Virus record (IMG/VR): IMGVR_UViG_3300029305_004466
Reading direction: 5' to 3' (one strand)
Source: a virus
Lineage: Duplodnaviria > Caudoviricetes
DNA length: 64,000 bases
A model generated the notes under the pieces. It had not been told where the DNA came from. It searched no databases and saw nothing but the letters and a program-made list of their open reading frames with translations. Shown here piece by piece: positions 1-10,063 of this stretch. Numbering within the stretch: position 1 is the stretch's first letter; every line of letters begins with the position of its first letter. The position numbers and the translations under genes were made by a program.

Positions 1-1621
1 CAAATATATTGGCTGGAGTTTTATCATCTGCGGCTTCGTATATATTAAACTTTTTATTTATATCATATATTTTATCAGTCATCCAACCATCTATATCAAG
101 GATGCCAAGATGCCTTTTATGTCCTTCAACCCTTTCTCCATCTGGATTGAATTCTACTTTGTGTACATAGTTATCAGGTTTGCCAGAGTCTAACCATTCC
201 ATTCCTCTGTCTAAATACTCAAGAAATTTTCCTTTTGTTCCGCCTTGTTTTATAGCTTCAGCTATATTTTCTTTTGTGTCATATGTATAGTAATTAAGAC
301 CTGCCATTTTTCTTGCAGTATCTATTTTTTTATTAAGACCATATTGGTCTGCTTTTGTAATATCGTTTAAAGCGATTCCATCAGTTACGAATTCCAATGA
401 ATCTCCATTTATTCTAAATGCTTTACCATTCATAACATATAAGTTTTCACCTAAGGTTTCTCTACCTGCTTTACCAGTTATAAATGGTTGTATGCTGTCT
501 TTTGATAATATTCCAAAACTAGTTTTATTATATCCATCGGTTGCCCAGTCTGGGAAAAGGCTTGTGAGAGGGTTAAAGTTTAATCCCGGGATTTTAAAAT
601 CTGTTGTGATACTTCTTTTCAACCAGCTTTTAATTTCACCTGTTGTTCTTAAATCTATAATTTCACCACTCTCATTTACCAGAATATTTTTATCTAAAAT
701 TAATCTTTTAGTGTTATGCCAGTCACCAATCATGTTAGTGATTTCGCCTTGAGCATTCTGATATCTAAAAGTAGAATTACCCATTACGGATAACAATTCT
801 TGTGCCGTATTATATACCTGTTCACCAGTATTATCTTCTAAGCTTATTTTTGCACCTTGGCGAGCTTTATAGATATACCCTTGCCCTTCTACAAAATCAG
901 GTTGGTCCATAATATCTTGAAGCATAATAGGTCTATAACCATTTAATTTTAATAACTCTGTTTCTCTTTCGTATGAGAGTGTATTCATGTGAACGAGCTC
1001 TTGTGCGGCTCTTGAATTTATCAGTATTTGAGAACCGAATTCACCAGTATTGGATTCTACTTCTCTACTGAATTTCTTCATGTCTTTCATAGCTACAATT
1101 AAATCAGAATTATGATATTTAAACTTCTTTATTTGTGCCGTCTTTTCTTTTTGTTCTAACATGAGCTTTAATTGATTAACATCTTCTAATGTATCGTTAA
1201 TTATTTTTCTGGCGTAGCCCATTCTAATATCGCCTTTTTGTATTTCAGACAAAGAAGAAAGTCCAAGCTCTTTTAATTTGCTCAAATTACTTCCACGAAA
1301 AATAGAGTTATCAGGAATCCTGTAACCCATTTCTCTAAGTCTGTCTGGAGCTAAATGTTCAAGCTTAGACCAATCTCTTATTGTATCGAGATTCATGTAT
1401 GCCCTGTCGATGTCACCATGAGCAGTTTTTTCAAATATCTCCATTCCTGCTTTAATGACATTCTTAAACATTCCCTTTTTATACATAGCAAATACCCCTG
1501 CACTAGCAGCTAATACAGGGATAATTGTGTTTAACGGATTTGATTCTTCATTGGCATTCATGTCATCTTTGACAGTATCATTAGCAATTCTTTTTCTTTT
1601 CAAGTTGCTTTCTAACGCCAT
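1..1621 (-). CDS. Large tail protein, probable tape measure protein (5' part; runs off window)
   Basis: Not in the ORF track. ATG at 1621 after a GAGGTGG RBS gives MALESNLKRKRIANDTVKDDMNANEESNPLNTIIPVLAASAGVFAMYKKG. The frame is open where checked at both ends. It follows two tail-chaperone genes. Confidence 0.6.
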   Translation of the reverse strand, partial: MALESNLKRKRIANDTVKDDMNANEESNPLNTIIPVLAASAGVFAMYKKGMFKNVIKAGMEIFEKTAHGDIDRAYMNLDTIRDWSKLEHLAPDRLREMGYRIPDNSIFRGSNLSKLKELGLSSLSEIQKGDIRMGYARKIINDTLEDVNQLKLMLEQKEKTAQIKKFKYHNSDLIVAMKDMKKFSREVESNTGEFGSQILINSRAAQELVHMNTLSYERETELLKLNGYRPIMLQDIMDQPDFVEGQGYIYKARQGAKISLEDNTGEQVYNTAQELLSVMGNSTFRYQNAQGEITNMIGDWHNTKRLILDKNILVNESGEIIDLRTTGEIKSWLKRSITTDFKIPGLNFNPLTSLFPDWATDGYNKTSFGILSKDSIQPFITGKAGRETLGENLYVMNGKAFRINGDSLEFVTDGIALNDITKADQYGLNKKIDTARKMAGLNYYTYDTKENIAEAIKQGGTKGKFLEYLDRGMEWLDSGKPDNYVHKVEFNPDGERVEGHKRHLGILDIDGWMTDKIYDINKKFNIYEAADDKTPANIF

Positions 1622-2285
1622 CTAATACCACCTCATTGTCATAAGAAGGACCTACTATAAATGGTAAATCTATAATGTCATTCTCTAATTTTAATTCTGA
1701 TTTAAAATGGAACATAGGGTCTATTCCGTGTTCATATAAGTTTTTGATAAACTCTGGATTATTTGAATTCATTTGATTGAATTCTTCTTCCATATCCTTT
1801 GTCTTATCATTTAAATGATAATCGAAACCTTTAAGCTTTGCAATACGTTCAGCTCTTGCTGTTGTTGCCATAAGCTTTTGCCATGTCCATTCTTCCATTT
1901 CTTCATAAGTGTGTTCTGGAATAAATGCTTTTATCATATCCATACATTGTTGTTCTAATGTAACGTTATTTTTTTCGTTATAATAACATTCCATTATTTT
2001 ATCTATATTCGTGAAGCCAGATTCTTCTTCAATTATATTGGAAACGTAATCTGGTAAACCTGCATAGTACGTATAATTAAAATCGTATTCCTCTGGATAT
2101 ACACAACTTATATTACATATGTTATCGTGCAGGTCTTCATTTGTTTCAGATATAGATTTTATATATTTATACTCTTTTCTGGATAAAGTTCTAAATACAA
2201 ATTCTTTATCTAAAAAACGGACATAAATAATCTTATGTCCGTTGTACTTTTCCTTGAGATACATTAACGTGTCTTCAGTCAGCAT
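1581..2285 (-). CDS. Tail assembly chaperone-like protein (paralogue of 2295-2828)
   Basis: Shares the FxFRTLxRxEYK...IC...P...G.P...II.E.SGF pattern with the upstream gene; sits between tube genes and tape measure. Confidence 0.6.
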   Translation of the reverse strand: MLTEDTLMYLKEKYNGHKIIYVRFLDKEFVFRTLSRKEYKYIKSISETNEDLHDNICNISCVYPEEYDFNYTYYAGLPDYVSNIIEEESGFTNIDKIMECYYNEKNNVTLEQQCMDMIKAFIPEHTYEEMEEWTWQKLMATTARAERIAKLKGFDYHLNDKTKDMEEEFNQMNSNNPEFIKNLYEHGIDPMFHFKSELKLENDIIDLPFIVGPSYDNEVVLDGVRKQLEKKKNC

Positions 2286-2294
2286 AAATACCTC

Positions 2295-2828
2295 CTATAA
2301 AACTTCTATTCCGTATTCAGATGTAAAGCCTGAGCTTTCCATAATAATTTTTGAAAGTGTGGAAGGGTATCCAGCTTCTGTTGATGCCATTGTTTTGAAA
2401 TTATAGTTTCTAGGATGCAGTACACATGTGGAGCAGATAATTTCTTCTCTCATCAAAGCATCTACATTATTCATTGCTACAATCTGTTTGTATTCGAATC
2501 TGTTAAGCGTTCTGAAAATAAAATGTTTATCAACTACTACAGTATGTAATACATGACCTTCTCCATATTGTTTCTTCCATATTTCAACTTGAGAAAGATA
2601 TGGACCATTTTCATATACCTGTATATCATTATCGTTAACAGGGATTTCTTCAAAATCTATTTCATTAGTTATTGGTGCAGGTTCAACAGTAGGATAAGTA
2701 TCTTGGTCTCTGAATTCTGCATATATATCTTCTTTAGGACCCTGTTGAGCCTGCTCTTTTTGTGCTTGTAATTTTAATTTAGCTGCATTAGCTAAATCAT
2801 CCAAATTTCTATTACTATTATCAGCCAT
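2295..2828 (-). CDS. Tail assembly chaperone-like protein
   Basis: Acidic N-terminus, WKKQYG..HFIFRTLNRFEYK motif, synteny. Confidence 0.6.
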   Translation of the reverse strand: MADNSNRNLDDLANAAKLKLQAQKEQAQQGPKEDIYAEFRDQDTYPTVEPAPITNEIDFEEIPVNDNDIQVYENGPYLSQVEIWKKQYGEGHVLHTVVVDKHFIFRTLNRFEYKQIVAMNNVDALMREEIICSTCVLHPRNYNFKTMASTEAGYPSTLSKIIMESSGFTSEYGIEVL

Positions 2829-2842
2829 TACTATATTCTCCT

Positions 2843-3250
2843 TTATTGATGTTTTACTTCTTCTTTAGAATGTAATTCTTGTAAATTGGTGTTAATACCA
2901 TCCAATATAGATTTTAATTCTTGTTCTTTTTCTCTTTCTTCTTCTGTCACTCCGTTTTTTCTTAATATAGCAAGTTCTTTTTGTACTTGACTTCTTTTAT
3001 CTTCCAAGTGTTCTGCTTTCGCCATGTTAATGTAGAATCCGATGTAAGTAGCCGCCAAACCAAGAGCTCCAAGTATCAAAAATTCAATTGCATCTAAATT
3101 TTGCAGTCTATGCATTTCGTACATTGAAAATGCTATAATTGATATTGAAACTATCGCCACAACATAGCCAATTATTTTTGACATTGATGTAAAGCGTTTA
3201 GGTTTTATTTTCTTTAGTTCCTCTTTTTTCTTTTTCTTCTTTCTTGACAT
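2843..3250 (-). CDS. Membrane protein with 2 TM helices (holin-like?)
   Basis: Basic N-terminus, two hydrophobic segments, coiled-coil tail. Confidence 0.5.
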   Translation of the reverse strand: MSRKKKKKKEELKKIKPKRFTSMSKIIGYVVAIVSISIIAFSMYEMHRLQNLDAIEFLILGALGLAATYIGFYINMAKAEHLEDKRSQVQKELAILRKNGVTEEEREKEQELKSILDGINTNLQELHSKEEVKHQ

Positions 3251-3261
3251 TTTTTCACCTC

Positions 3262-3834
3262 CTATTTGTATTTGTCTTTATCTTTTAATTCAGTGGACTC
3301 CGTTAAGTCCTGTCCAATGAATTCGTAGACTTCTGAAATAGGATTTCCTGAAGTATCGTATTCTGTACTTACTCCTCTCATATATACATTGTGTATTGTT
3401 TTTACTACTGAGTTATCGCCTAGTACAATAACAATATCTTGATTATTTTTCCTAACATCTCTGTCGTATTCTTTAGAGAAGAAAGAATCGAAATGTGGTT
3501 GCCCGCTTAATTCCGCTTGCTCTGTATTAGATTCTCCTGTATCATTTTCCGAATAAATTATATCAGGCATTTCGGTATTGGTTACTTCCAATAATTCATA
3601 TAATGTATTGCTATCTATATTTCCAGTTACTTTTATTCCATTTCTTTGTTGAAATGTTATAACTGCATTTCGTACACCTTCATCAAATATTTCTTTATCT
3701 CCAATTGGTTGTGCATGGCAACCAGCTTTAGATAACAAATCTCTAATGCTTACTATATATTTTGATTTTATCCCGTATGTAAGTTCTGAATATTCATTAT
3801 TTGTATAAGCTCTTACAGTTACTGTTGCCGCCAT
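3262..3834 (-). CDS. Peptidoglycan-binding domain plus C-terminal half of a tube-like domain
   Basis: IFDEGVRNAVITFQQRNGIKVTGNID (PG_binding_1-like); C-terminal TIHNVYMRGVSTEYDTSGNPISEVYEFIGQDL resembles the tube C-terminus. Confidence 0.65.
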   Translation of the reverse strand: MAATVTVRAYTNNEYSELTYGIKSKYIVSIRDLLSKAGCHAQPIGDKEIFDEGVRNAVITFQQRNGIKVTGNIDSNTLYELLEVTNTEMPDIIYSENDTGESNTEQAELSGQPHFDSFFSKEYDRDVRKNNQDIVIVLGDNSVVKTIHNVYMRGVSTEYDTSGNPISEVYEFIGQDLTESTELKDKDKYK

Positions 3835-3835
3835 A

Positions 3836-4681
3836 CTATTCCACCTCTGTTATTTTACTAGCTTCAAGCCAACCGTGCATTGGTATTCCTGTGCTACTAG
3901 TAATAGAAATATGATAATAATTATTTAATGGATTTTTATCTTCTATGGTAATTATCTCACCCGGCTCTAAAGTAAATAATACGGCTACAGGATTAGTTGG
4001 GCTACCTACAACCCCCACTTTTTCTGTTACAGTTTTTTGACCAGAGAATTCTTTCAATAAATTCTTATTAAGCCAACCATATTCTTTTTTACCTGTTACA
4101 GAATTGATAATAAATATACGATAGTTATTACCTATTTCTTCTTCTATATAATATTTATCTCCCGAATTTAAAGTAAATAGAACATAATCTCCCCCGGGAG
4201 CACCAACAATATTTAATGTTTTTGTAGCTGTTTCTTCTTTATATTCTTCTTGTATATTTGTTGATGAGTCATTATTACCAACCCATTCTGTATTATTTTT
4301 AATCTCTTCTTCTTTTTTGTTATTATCTTCGATTTCTTCTAAAGTAGTTTTTTCTGGTTCTTTGCCTTCAACTACAGTTTCATATGTATCTTGTAAATTA
4401 GGATTCTTGATTGGCATTTTAAATACACCAGTAACAATTCTACTGCCAACAGCCATGTCATCAAATGTTCTGGATGCATAACCATATATAGGTTTTAACT
4501 GTTCGTTTACCGAGAAATTAATATAAGAGATTTCAGCTGGCTCATTGCTTCCGTTTAAATACACTTTAGTATCAGTTCCAGAATAATATTCTTCAATGAA
4601 TAAGTTATCTTCCCGCTGTTGTATTCTTGGGATATATTTATGAGTCATCATCGTTTTTGTATTTGTTGACATGCTATTCAC
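3836..4681 (-). CDS. Tube-like N-terminal half plus two SH3b-like repeats
   Basis: YYSGTD...ISYINFSVNEQLKPIYGY...GSRIVTG matches the tube N-terminus; two VG.P...VLFTL..G...Y.I....GWL repeats. Confidence 0.55.
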   Translation of the reverse strand: MNSMSTNTKTMMTHKYIPRIQQREDNLFIEEYYSGTDTKVYLNGSNEPAEISYINFSVNEQLKPIYGYASRTFDDMAVGSRIVTGVFKMPIKNPNLQDTYETVVEGKEPEKTTLEEIEDNNKKEEEIKNNTEWVGNNDSSTNIQEEYKEETATKTLNIVGAPGGDYVLFTLNSGDKYYIEEEIGNNYRIFIINSVTGKKEYGWLNKNLLKEFSGQKTVTEKVGVVGSPTNPVAVLFTLEPGEIITIEDKNPLNNYYHISITSSTGIPMHGWLEASKITEVE

Positions 4682-6440
4682 CTCTATAATTAATTATCCA
4701 TTTGTTTGTATCACCGCTGCTAAGGTATGCTATATATTCGATTTTATTCGGATAGCCTCTTTCAGCATCATATACAAATAATTCTTGGAAATTACTAAAC
4801 TCTATTATTTGCTGTTGTTGTGGCTGTACATTATAATGTTTAACCATTATTTTTGGTGCATTGTTATCTGCAAAAAATGCCATAGCACAGCATTTAACTG
4901 TAGCTGGTCTTTCGGAATATACGTTTAAATCAAATCCTTTGAATAACTGAGTATTTAAGTCAAATGATGTTAAGTCGTATTTACCCTGAGCATTTTGTGA
5001 TTGGATAACAACATTATTGTTTGTTATATTAGTCATTAACTTGCCTGTCAATACTTGAATCACTCTCCAAGTTTCTTCATTTACAATACCTAATTCACAA
5101 GCAATATCGTTTTCTGTTTGTATCTTTGTTACAAATTCTCTTGTTTTATCATCATATATTCCCGGAGTAAAATCTGTTAACCCTAATTCTTTTAACAGGT
5201 TTTGAAGAGTTAATACATAAGAACCGTTTTCATCTCTACTGATAGTAGGAAAAGCGATATCTTTATTGGAGTATTCATAACTAAAGACATCGTTTGTATT
5301 TACATATCCTTCTAATATTTTATAGAATGTATTACCAGATTCATATAAAGTTACTCCTGTTGCTGCATCTGTAAATGTTATCTCTTCGACTTTATCATAT
5401 ATTTCTAATACATCATTATATGACTTAGTATCCACTATTGACGAGCAAATATTTGGCTGAGCATACACTCTACTACCAGATTCGTTAACAACTATACCTG
5501 TAATTTCAGTATTAGCATTACTATTATTATACAGTGCAAGATATGTTGAAGAATCTACAATACCTGTTATGCTTTTAAGTCCCATAGCAGATTGAAATTC
5601 TTTAACTGCGTTTTCGGTATTTTTGTCATACATATAATTTACAGAATCTATATATCCTAATTCATGTAAATTTTTTTGAACATAGCCGACATCATCTCCA
5701 ACCATTAAGCATACTGGATTGTATTGTAAATCTCTAATATGGTTTTTAATATTTGCTTTATCTTCTAAAGTTTCTTTTTGATTTACTAATTTATCTACAT
5801 ATTTTTGTTCTAGTGATTTAATATATTCTTCTCCTTCAGGTTTCTTAGAGAGCTCGTCAACATTTATAATTTGTACTCCATTGAATTCTATTTGACTAAT
5901 AATTTCGTTTTCTGAAGAATATCGTGTTTCAGTAGGGGTCCCATTAACATTAAATGCTTTAAAAACTTCTACATCTCGTGCAACAAAACTGAGAGTATTT
6001 TCTGTAAATAAATCTTCAACGGAAACTACCTGTCCTTCATCTGTTATATCTACACCGTATATAAACATAGATACCGCTGAACCATATTCGTTTGCAGATA
6101 CTATCATTAAATCGAATAAAGGTAATTCGTCTATTTTGACTTCTTTATATTGACTAAGCCATTTAAGACTTTCTGTTTCTAATAATTCATTAAGCCAATG
6201 CTGATTGATAAGAGTAAAAATCATTGTACCAGCATATATTCTTGTACCTCTAGTAACACCGTTTATATTTATACGCCCTAAATTAACTACAGGCTGTTTC
6301 GTTCTATAAGATGAATAAGATACTGTTGTTATACTTCCTAATACTACAGGAGTACTTCCCGGCATTAATATAAAAACAATGGTATCTGTACCCGAAAATG
6401 ATTTATAAAAATTTGATATAAGACTATATTCTGTACTCAT
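4674..6440 (-). CDS. Tube-like (tube initiator/baseplate) protein with PG-binding and SH3-like domains
   Basis: SFSGTD...RGTRIYAGTMIF...DELPLFD...YG matches the tube gene; two PG-binding repeats (GDDVGYVQKNL..AVKEFQSAMGL..TGIVD). Confidence 0.65.
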   Translation of the reverse strand: MSTEYSLISNFYKSFSGTDTIVFILMPGSTPVVLGSITTVSYSSYRTKQPVVNLGRININGVTRGTRIYAGTMIFTLINQHWLNELLETESLKWLSQYKEVKIDELPLFDLMIVSANEYGSAVSMFIYGVDITDEGQVVSVEDLFTENTLSFVARDVEVFKAFNVNGTPTETRYSSENEIISQIEFNGVQIINVDELSKKPEGEEYIKSLEQKYVDKLVNQKETLEDKANIKNHIRDLQYNPVCLMVGDDVGYVQKNLHELGYIDSVNYMYDKNTENAVKEFQSAMGLKSITGIVDSSTYLALYNNSNANTEITGIVVNESGSRVYAQPNICSSIVDTKSYNDVLEIYDKVEEITFTDAATGVTLYESGNTFYKILEGYVNTNDVFSYEYSNKDIAFPTISRDENGSYVLTLQNLLKELGLTDFTPGIYDDKTREFVTKIQTENDIACELGIVNEETWRVIQVLTGKLMTNITNNNVVIQSQNAQGKYDLTSFDLNTQLFKGFDLNVYSERPATVKCCAMAFFADNNAPKIMVKHYNVQPQQQQIIEFSNFQELFVYDAERGYPNKIEYIAYLSSGDTNKWIINYRGE

Positions 6441-6464
6441 GTTTTAGCCTCCTAACTTATTTTG

Positions 6465-6493
6465 ATTATAGCACACAAAAAACCATAAGCCAA
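6465..6493 (-). promoter_or_regulatory. Putative sigmaA-type promoter overlapping the terminator
   Basis: TTGGCT-17 nt-TATAAT with extended TG, upstream of the AGGAGG RBS of the 6440 gene. Confidence 0.45.
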
Positions 6494-6522
6494 GCAATAA
6501 TAATTATCACTTGGCTTATGGT
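6477..6522 (-). terminator. Rho-independent terminator after tail tube
   Basis: 13-bp inverted repeat ACCATAAGCCAAG/CTTGGCTTATGGT with a U-tract on the minus strand. Confidence 0.75.
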
Positions 6523-6552
6523 CCTATATATAGTAATGGCTAATAATATAGC

Positions 6553-7383
6553 TTAGTCAACATCTGTTACTTCCTTAGGATTCATAGTACCATCCTTTTC
6601 TCTGTGATATACACCACGGATTAATGGACTTAATCTACGAGCAATCCATGTTACCTGACGGGACATAACAACTGTATCTACAGAAGCACCAGAGCTTTCA
6701 TTCAGGATATCTACATCGTAAATCTTCTGGAATGCAGTGTTACCATATTCAGAAGCAAATGTAAGAGTAATATCGAATGGAGGCAGTGTATCTGCATAAA
6801 CAACATCCTGTCCACGGATAGGGGAGAAGCCTGCTGGAACGTTAATCATTGTGCTTGCATTTGTCCAGCTGTCAGGGTCAGGATTAACACGACCAGTAGT
6901 AGTATCTGGTGTATTGTTGGAAGCATAATCCTGCTGAGCACTGATTGTACCTGAAGTGCCTGTTGTTGCACCGTATGAAAAACCGTAACCATCTCTGTCA
7001 GCTCCTGTTAAAGCAGCTTTAGAAACAGTATTATTCCAGTTAATCATATCAAGGGCATTCTGGAAGTTTTCAGACATTCTTGTTGCACCTTTATTAGCTG
7101 CCGCTGTGAACATAGCTGCTGGTGCAATCTGGTCCCATACGGACTGTAAAGCTTCTACTAATGAATCGTGGTCAAATACTGCAAATACCATAGAACCTGC
7201 AATACCACGCTTACCTCTTGAGAAAGAACGAGCATCAGGAGAGCCACATGTAAATACAGGTGCTTTATCTCTCTGAACAGCCCATGAAATCTGTTGTAAT
7301 TCACCGATAACCTTGTTAGCAAATGTTGCTACTAAATCTGCACCGGAGAAACTTGTTAAAGTTTGAATTGTAGGACTTGCCAT
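6553..7383 (-). CDS. Tail tube protein
   Basis: Directly after sheath; SFSGAD...ELQQISW...RGKRGIAGSMVF...DTLPPFDI motif; high-expression codon bias. Confidence 0.8.
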   Translation of the reverse strand: MASPTIQTLTSFSGADLVATFANKVIGELQQISWAVQRDKAPVFTCGSPDARSFSRGKRGIAGSMVFAVFDHDSLVEALQSVWDQIAPAAMFTAAANKGATRMSENFQNALDMINWNNTVSKAALTGADRDGYGFSYGATTGTSGTISAQQDYASNNTPDTTTGRVNPDPDSWTNASTMINVPAGFSPIRGQDVVYADTLPPFDITLTFASEYGNTAFQKIYDVDILNESSGASVDTVVMSRQVTWIARRLSPLIRGVYHREKDGTMNPKEVTDVD

Positions 7384-7405
7384 ATTTATTTCCTCCTTTT
7401 ATATT

Positions 7406-7433
7406 TGCTCCCGACAGTTTCCTATCGGGAGCA
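7406..7433 (-). other. Intergenic stem-loop between sheath and tube (no U-tract)
   Basis: TGCTCCCGA...TCGGGAGCA inverted repeat. Confidence 0.55.
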
Positions 7434-7445
7434 TTGATTATTCAA

Positions 7446-10016
7446 TTAGGCTGTTGCTCTCAGAGCTACAACAGTTGTAATCTTTCTCAATTCCTGAGGA
7501 GCTACAAGTGTTAAAGCGATTGAGCATTCACCAATAAGTACTTGTTCAACAGTTGCACTGATTTCGAACTCGTAGTACTGGATAACGCCCTGTTCCTTGA
7601 GATATGTTAATCTCTTGGAAATAAGAGCTGCAAGAGCATTACGCTGTTCAACAGTGTTTGGTTCACCGATAAATGGGTCAGATACCTGACGAACTTCGTC
7701 TACACACTGAGTTACAACCTTAACGGTAGTAGCTCTGCCGTAATCAGAACCAACAGCACCGCAAGTGCAACCATCAACAACGTAAGGAATCTTGCTTGCA
7801 GTGGTTACGCCTTCGTTCTTCAGCTTAAATGTAACAAGTCTGTTGCTTGTTAAATCATTTAACTGCTTGTTGGAGAACTTATATCTCATACCAGTACAGC
7901 CCGGAACAGCCTTATTGGTTGGAGCAGACTGTGCCTTTAAGTTAGCGTTCAATGCCGCATAAGCAATAGCAGGAGAACCGTAGTAATTTCCTAATGTAGG
8001 AGAAGTACAAATTGGTTCTGGACCAACAACTGCTGATGTATACCAACCGATATCCATTGGGTTGTTGTTTTCATCGTAGATGATGTCGCCATTGTTATCC
8101 TTCATGTAATGTGTATTGTCATACGCCATTAACTTTTCAACATAGTTCTGAATACCAACTAAAGTTGTATTGGTGTTAGGCTTGAAGTCAATATAACCAT
8201 GAACCATCTTTGTTCTATAAGTTAATACTGCACATAACAGAGCTAACTCATAGTGGAAACTGTTCTTGGAAATACTTGGGCTTACCTTGGAATCTGCGTA
8301 TACGCCTGCAACATAGATGTTATCTACATTGTAGTTTTCAAGTACCTGATATGCACCACGTTCAATTAAGTAACCTTCTGCATTTCTCTTACCGGAAAGA
8401 GCTACAAACATCTCATCGTTTGTTGGGTTGATTCCATTAGAACCACCTGCAAACTTTTCTGTGATAGAACCTGTAGCACCAACAGGAATAGAAGCAGTTG
8501 GAGCGTTTTCGTAATCAGTTACAGCTTCGAATACATTGTTAAGAGGATGTTCAGCAATCGCATCTCTTAATGCACCGAATGTCGGATAATCGAAGGACTT
8601 GAATGCTAAGCCTGCTTCACCTTCTGTATATCTTTTAGATGCTGGTTTAGTTAAGGTGATAAGACGACCTTCTTCACCTTTATCATTTACAATCAGGTCT
8701 ACAGTTACGGAAGCCTCATTGTAAACTTCACCACCATAGATACTCTTGAAAACAATACCTTCAGATACTACTGTAACAATTTCAGTACTGTAAGCAAGTT
8801 TCAGGGAAGTACCAACTGTGATGTAACTCATAGGAATTACATTAGGGACTTTTGATAAGTTTACAGTAATTGTATTAGTAGTTGCATTATAAGTGATTAC
8901 ACCATTGTTATCGCTCATTCTAGCAATTACGTTATTACCAGTAGAGTCGTACAAATAGAGGTCTTCGCTTGCAGCAAGAGTCTTATCTAATACAATATCC
9001 TGAGGAACATATAATGCTGTCTGGCTAACTACCTTTGTATTTTCAATTGGAGTGTATGAAAGGTATTCCATATCATATACATCACCAACGGAGAAGTAAG
9101 GTGTGCCAGCAGAACCAGTTTCTGAGAACTTAACATTGAATGTACCATCAGCATTTCTTACAGCACTTGTAAGTGTTACATTAGAATCTACAACTCTACC
9201 ATAGCAGTAAACAGTTTCGCCAGCTGCGGTTGTAAATGGAATAACTCCTGCTGTAGTTGGAACGCCATAATTATCAGCTGTTGCAACACCCGGAGTAAGA
9301 CCATCTAAGTTGTAGTAATAAATATTTTCAAGAGCATCAATCTTGAACTCGATAATATTATCACCATTAGCGTCTAACTCTGATACGTTAACAACCTTTG
9401 CAGCGTTCTTTGCTATTGTTAATGTAGTAGGGTCAACAACCTGAGTCGTGTAGTCAATTGTAATATCTCCTCTGGCAGGGATTTGGTTAGCGTAAATTGT
9501 TACTTTGTTAGGAGTAAAATTGTAACCGATTGAATTTCCTACACTAGGATGTGTAACAACGATGTCCTCATTTTTGATTACACCGTATTTGCCACTTGGA
9601 ACACTAACTTCTAATTCTACTGAATGTTCTTCATTACCATTAGCAGTAACAATTACAGTTGTTTCTTCCAATTCTGTTACTGTATCAGACTTTGTTTCGA
9701 TAGAAGCAGAAGCACTGGAACCTGTAACTCTCATACATCTAATGTCATTGAAGCCAGCTTTGTAAGCCTGTCTTGCGTACTTTGTGATAGTGGCACCGTT
9801 TGGAATACCATTATCGTTAACATCGTTACCGAATAATTTTTGAATGTTTTCAGCATCAATAGCTACTGGTTCATTAACAGGACCATCGACAGCTGTACCG
9901 ATAATAAGTAAGCTCTTGGTGTTGCCTGTTACAGCAGTGTTACGAAGCTGCATTCCACCATCTTTGAATTCAACAAGATGTCCCGGCAAATTTGGGTATA
10001 AATTTGTAATAGCCAT
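7446..10016 (-). CDS. Tail sheath protein
   Basis: Start MAITNLYPNLPG after GAGGA; IIGTAVDGPVNEPV N-terminus; C-terminal PFIGEPN...LVAPQELRKIT sheath motifs. Confidence 0.9.
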   Translation of the reverse strand: MAITNLYPNLPGHLVEFKDGGMQLRNTAVTGNTKSLLIIGTAVDGPVNEPVAIDAENIQKLFGNDVNDNGIPNGATITKYARQAYKAGFNDIRCMRVTGSSASASIETKSDTVTELEETTVIVTANGNEEHSVELEVSVPSGKYGVIKNEDIVVTHPSVGNSIGYNFTPNKVTIYANQIPARGDITIDYTTQVVDPTTLTIAKNAAKVVNVSELDANGDNIIEFKIDALENIYYYNLDGLTPGVATADNYGVPTTAGVIPFTTAAGETVYCYGRVVDSNVTLTSAVRNADGTFNVKFSETGSAGTPYFSVGDVYDMEYLSYTPIENTKVVSQTALYVPQDIVLDKTLAASEDLYLYDSTGNNVIARMSDNNGVITYNATTNTITVNLSKVPNVIPMSYITVGTSLKLAYSTEIVTVVSEGIVFKSIYGGEVYNEASVTVDLIVNDKGEEGRLITLTKPASKRYTEGEAGLAFKSFDYPTFGALRDAIAEHPLNNVFEAVTDYENAPTASIPVGATGSITEKFAGGSNGINPTNDEMFVALSGKRNAEGYLIERGAYQVLENYNVDNIYVAGVYADSKVSPSISKNSFHYELALLCAVLTYRTKMVHGYIDFKPNTNTTLVGIQNYVEKLMAYDNTHYMKDNNGDIIYDENNNPMDIGWYTSAVVGPEPICTSPTLGNYYGSPAIAYAALNANLKAQSAPTNKAVPGCTGMRYKFSNKQLNDLTSNRLVTFKLKNEGVTTASKIPYVVDGCTCGAVGSDYGRATTVKVVTQCVDEVRQVSDPFIGEPNTVEQRNALAALISKRLTYLKEQGVIQYYEFEISATVEQVLIGECSIALTLVAPQELRKITTVVALRATA

Positions 10017-10063
10017 TTTAATTTCCTCCTTTAAATTCTCTATATTTAATGTGCTATTAAATA

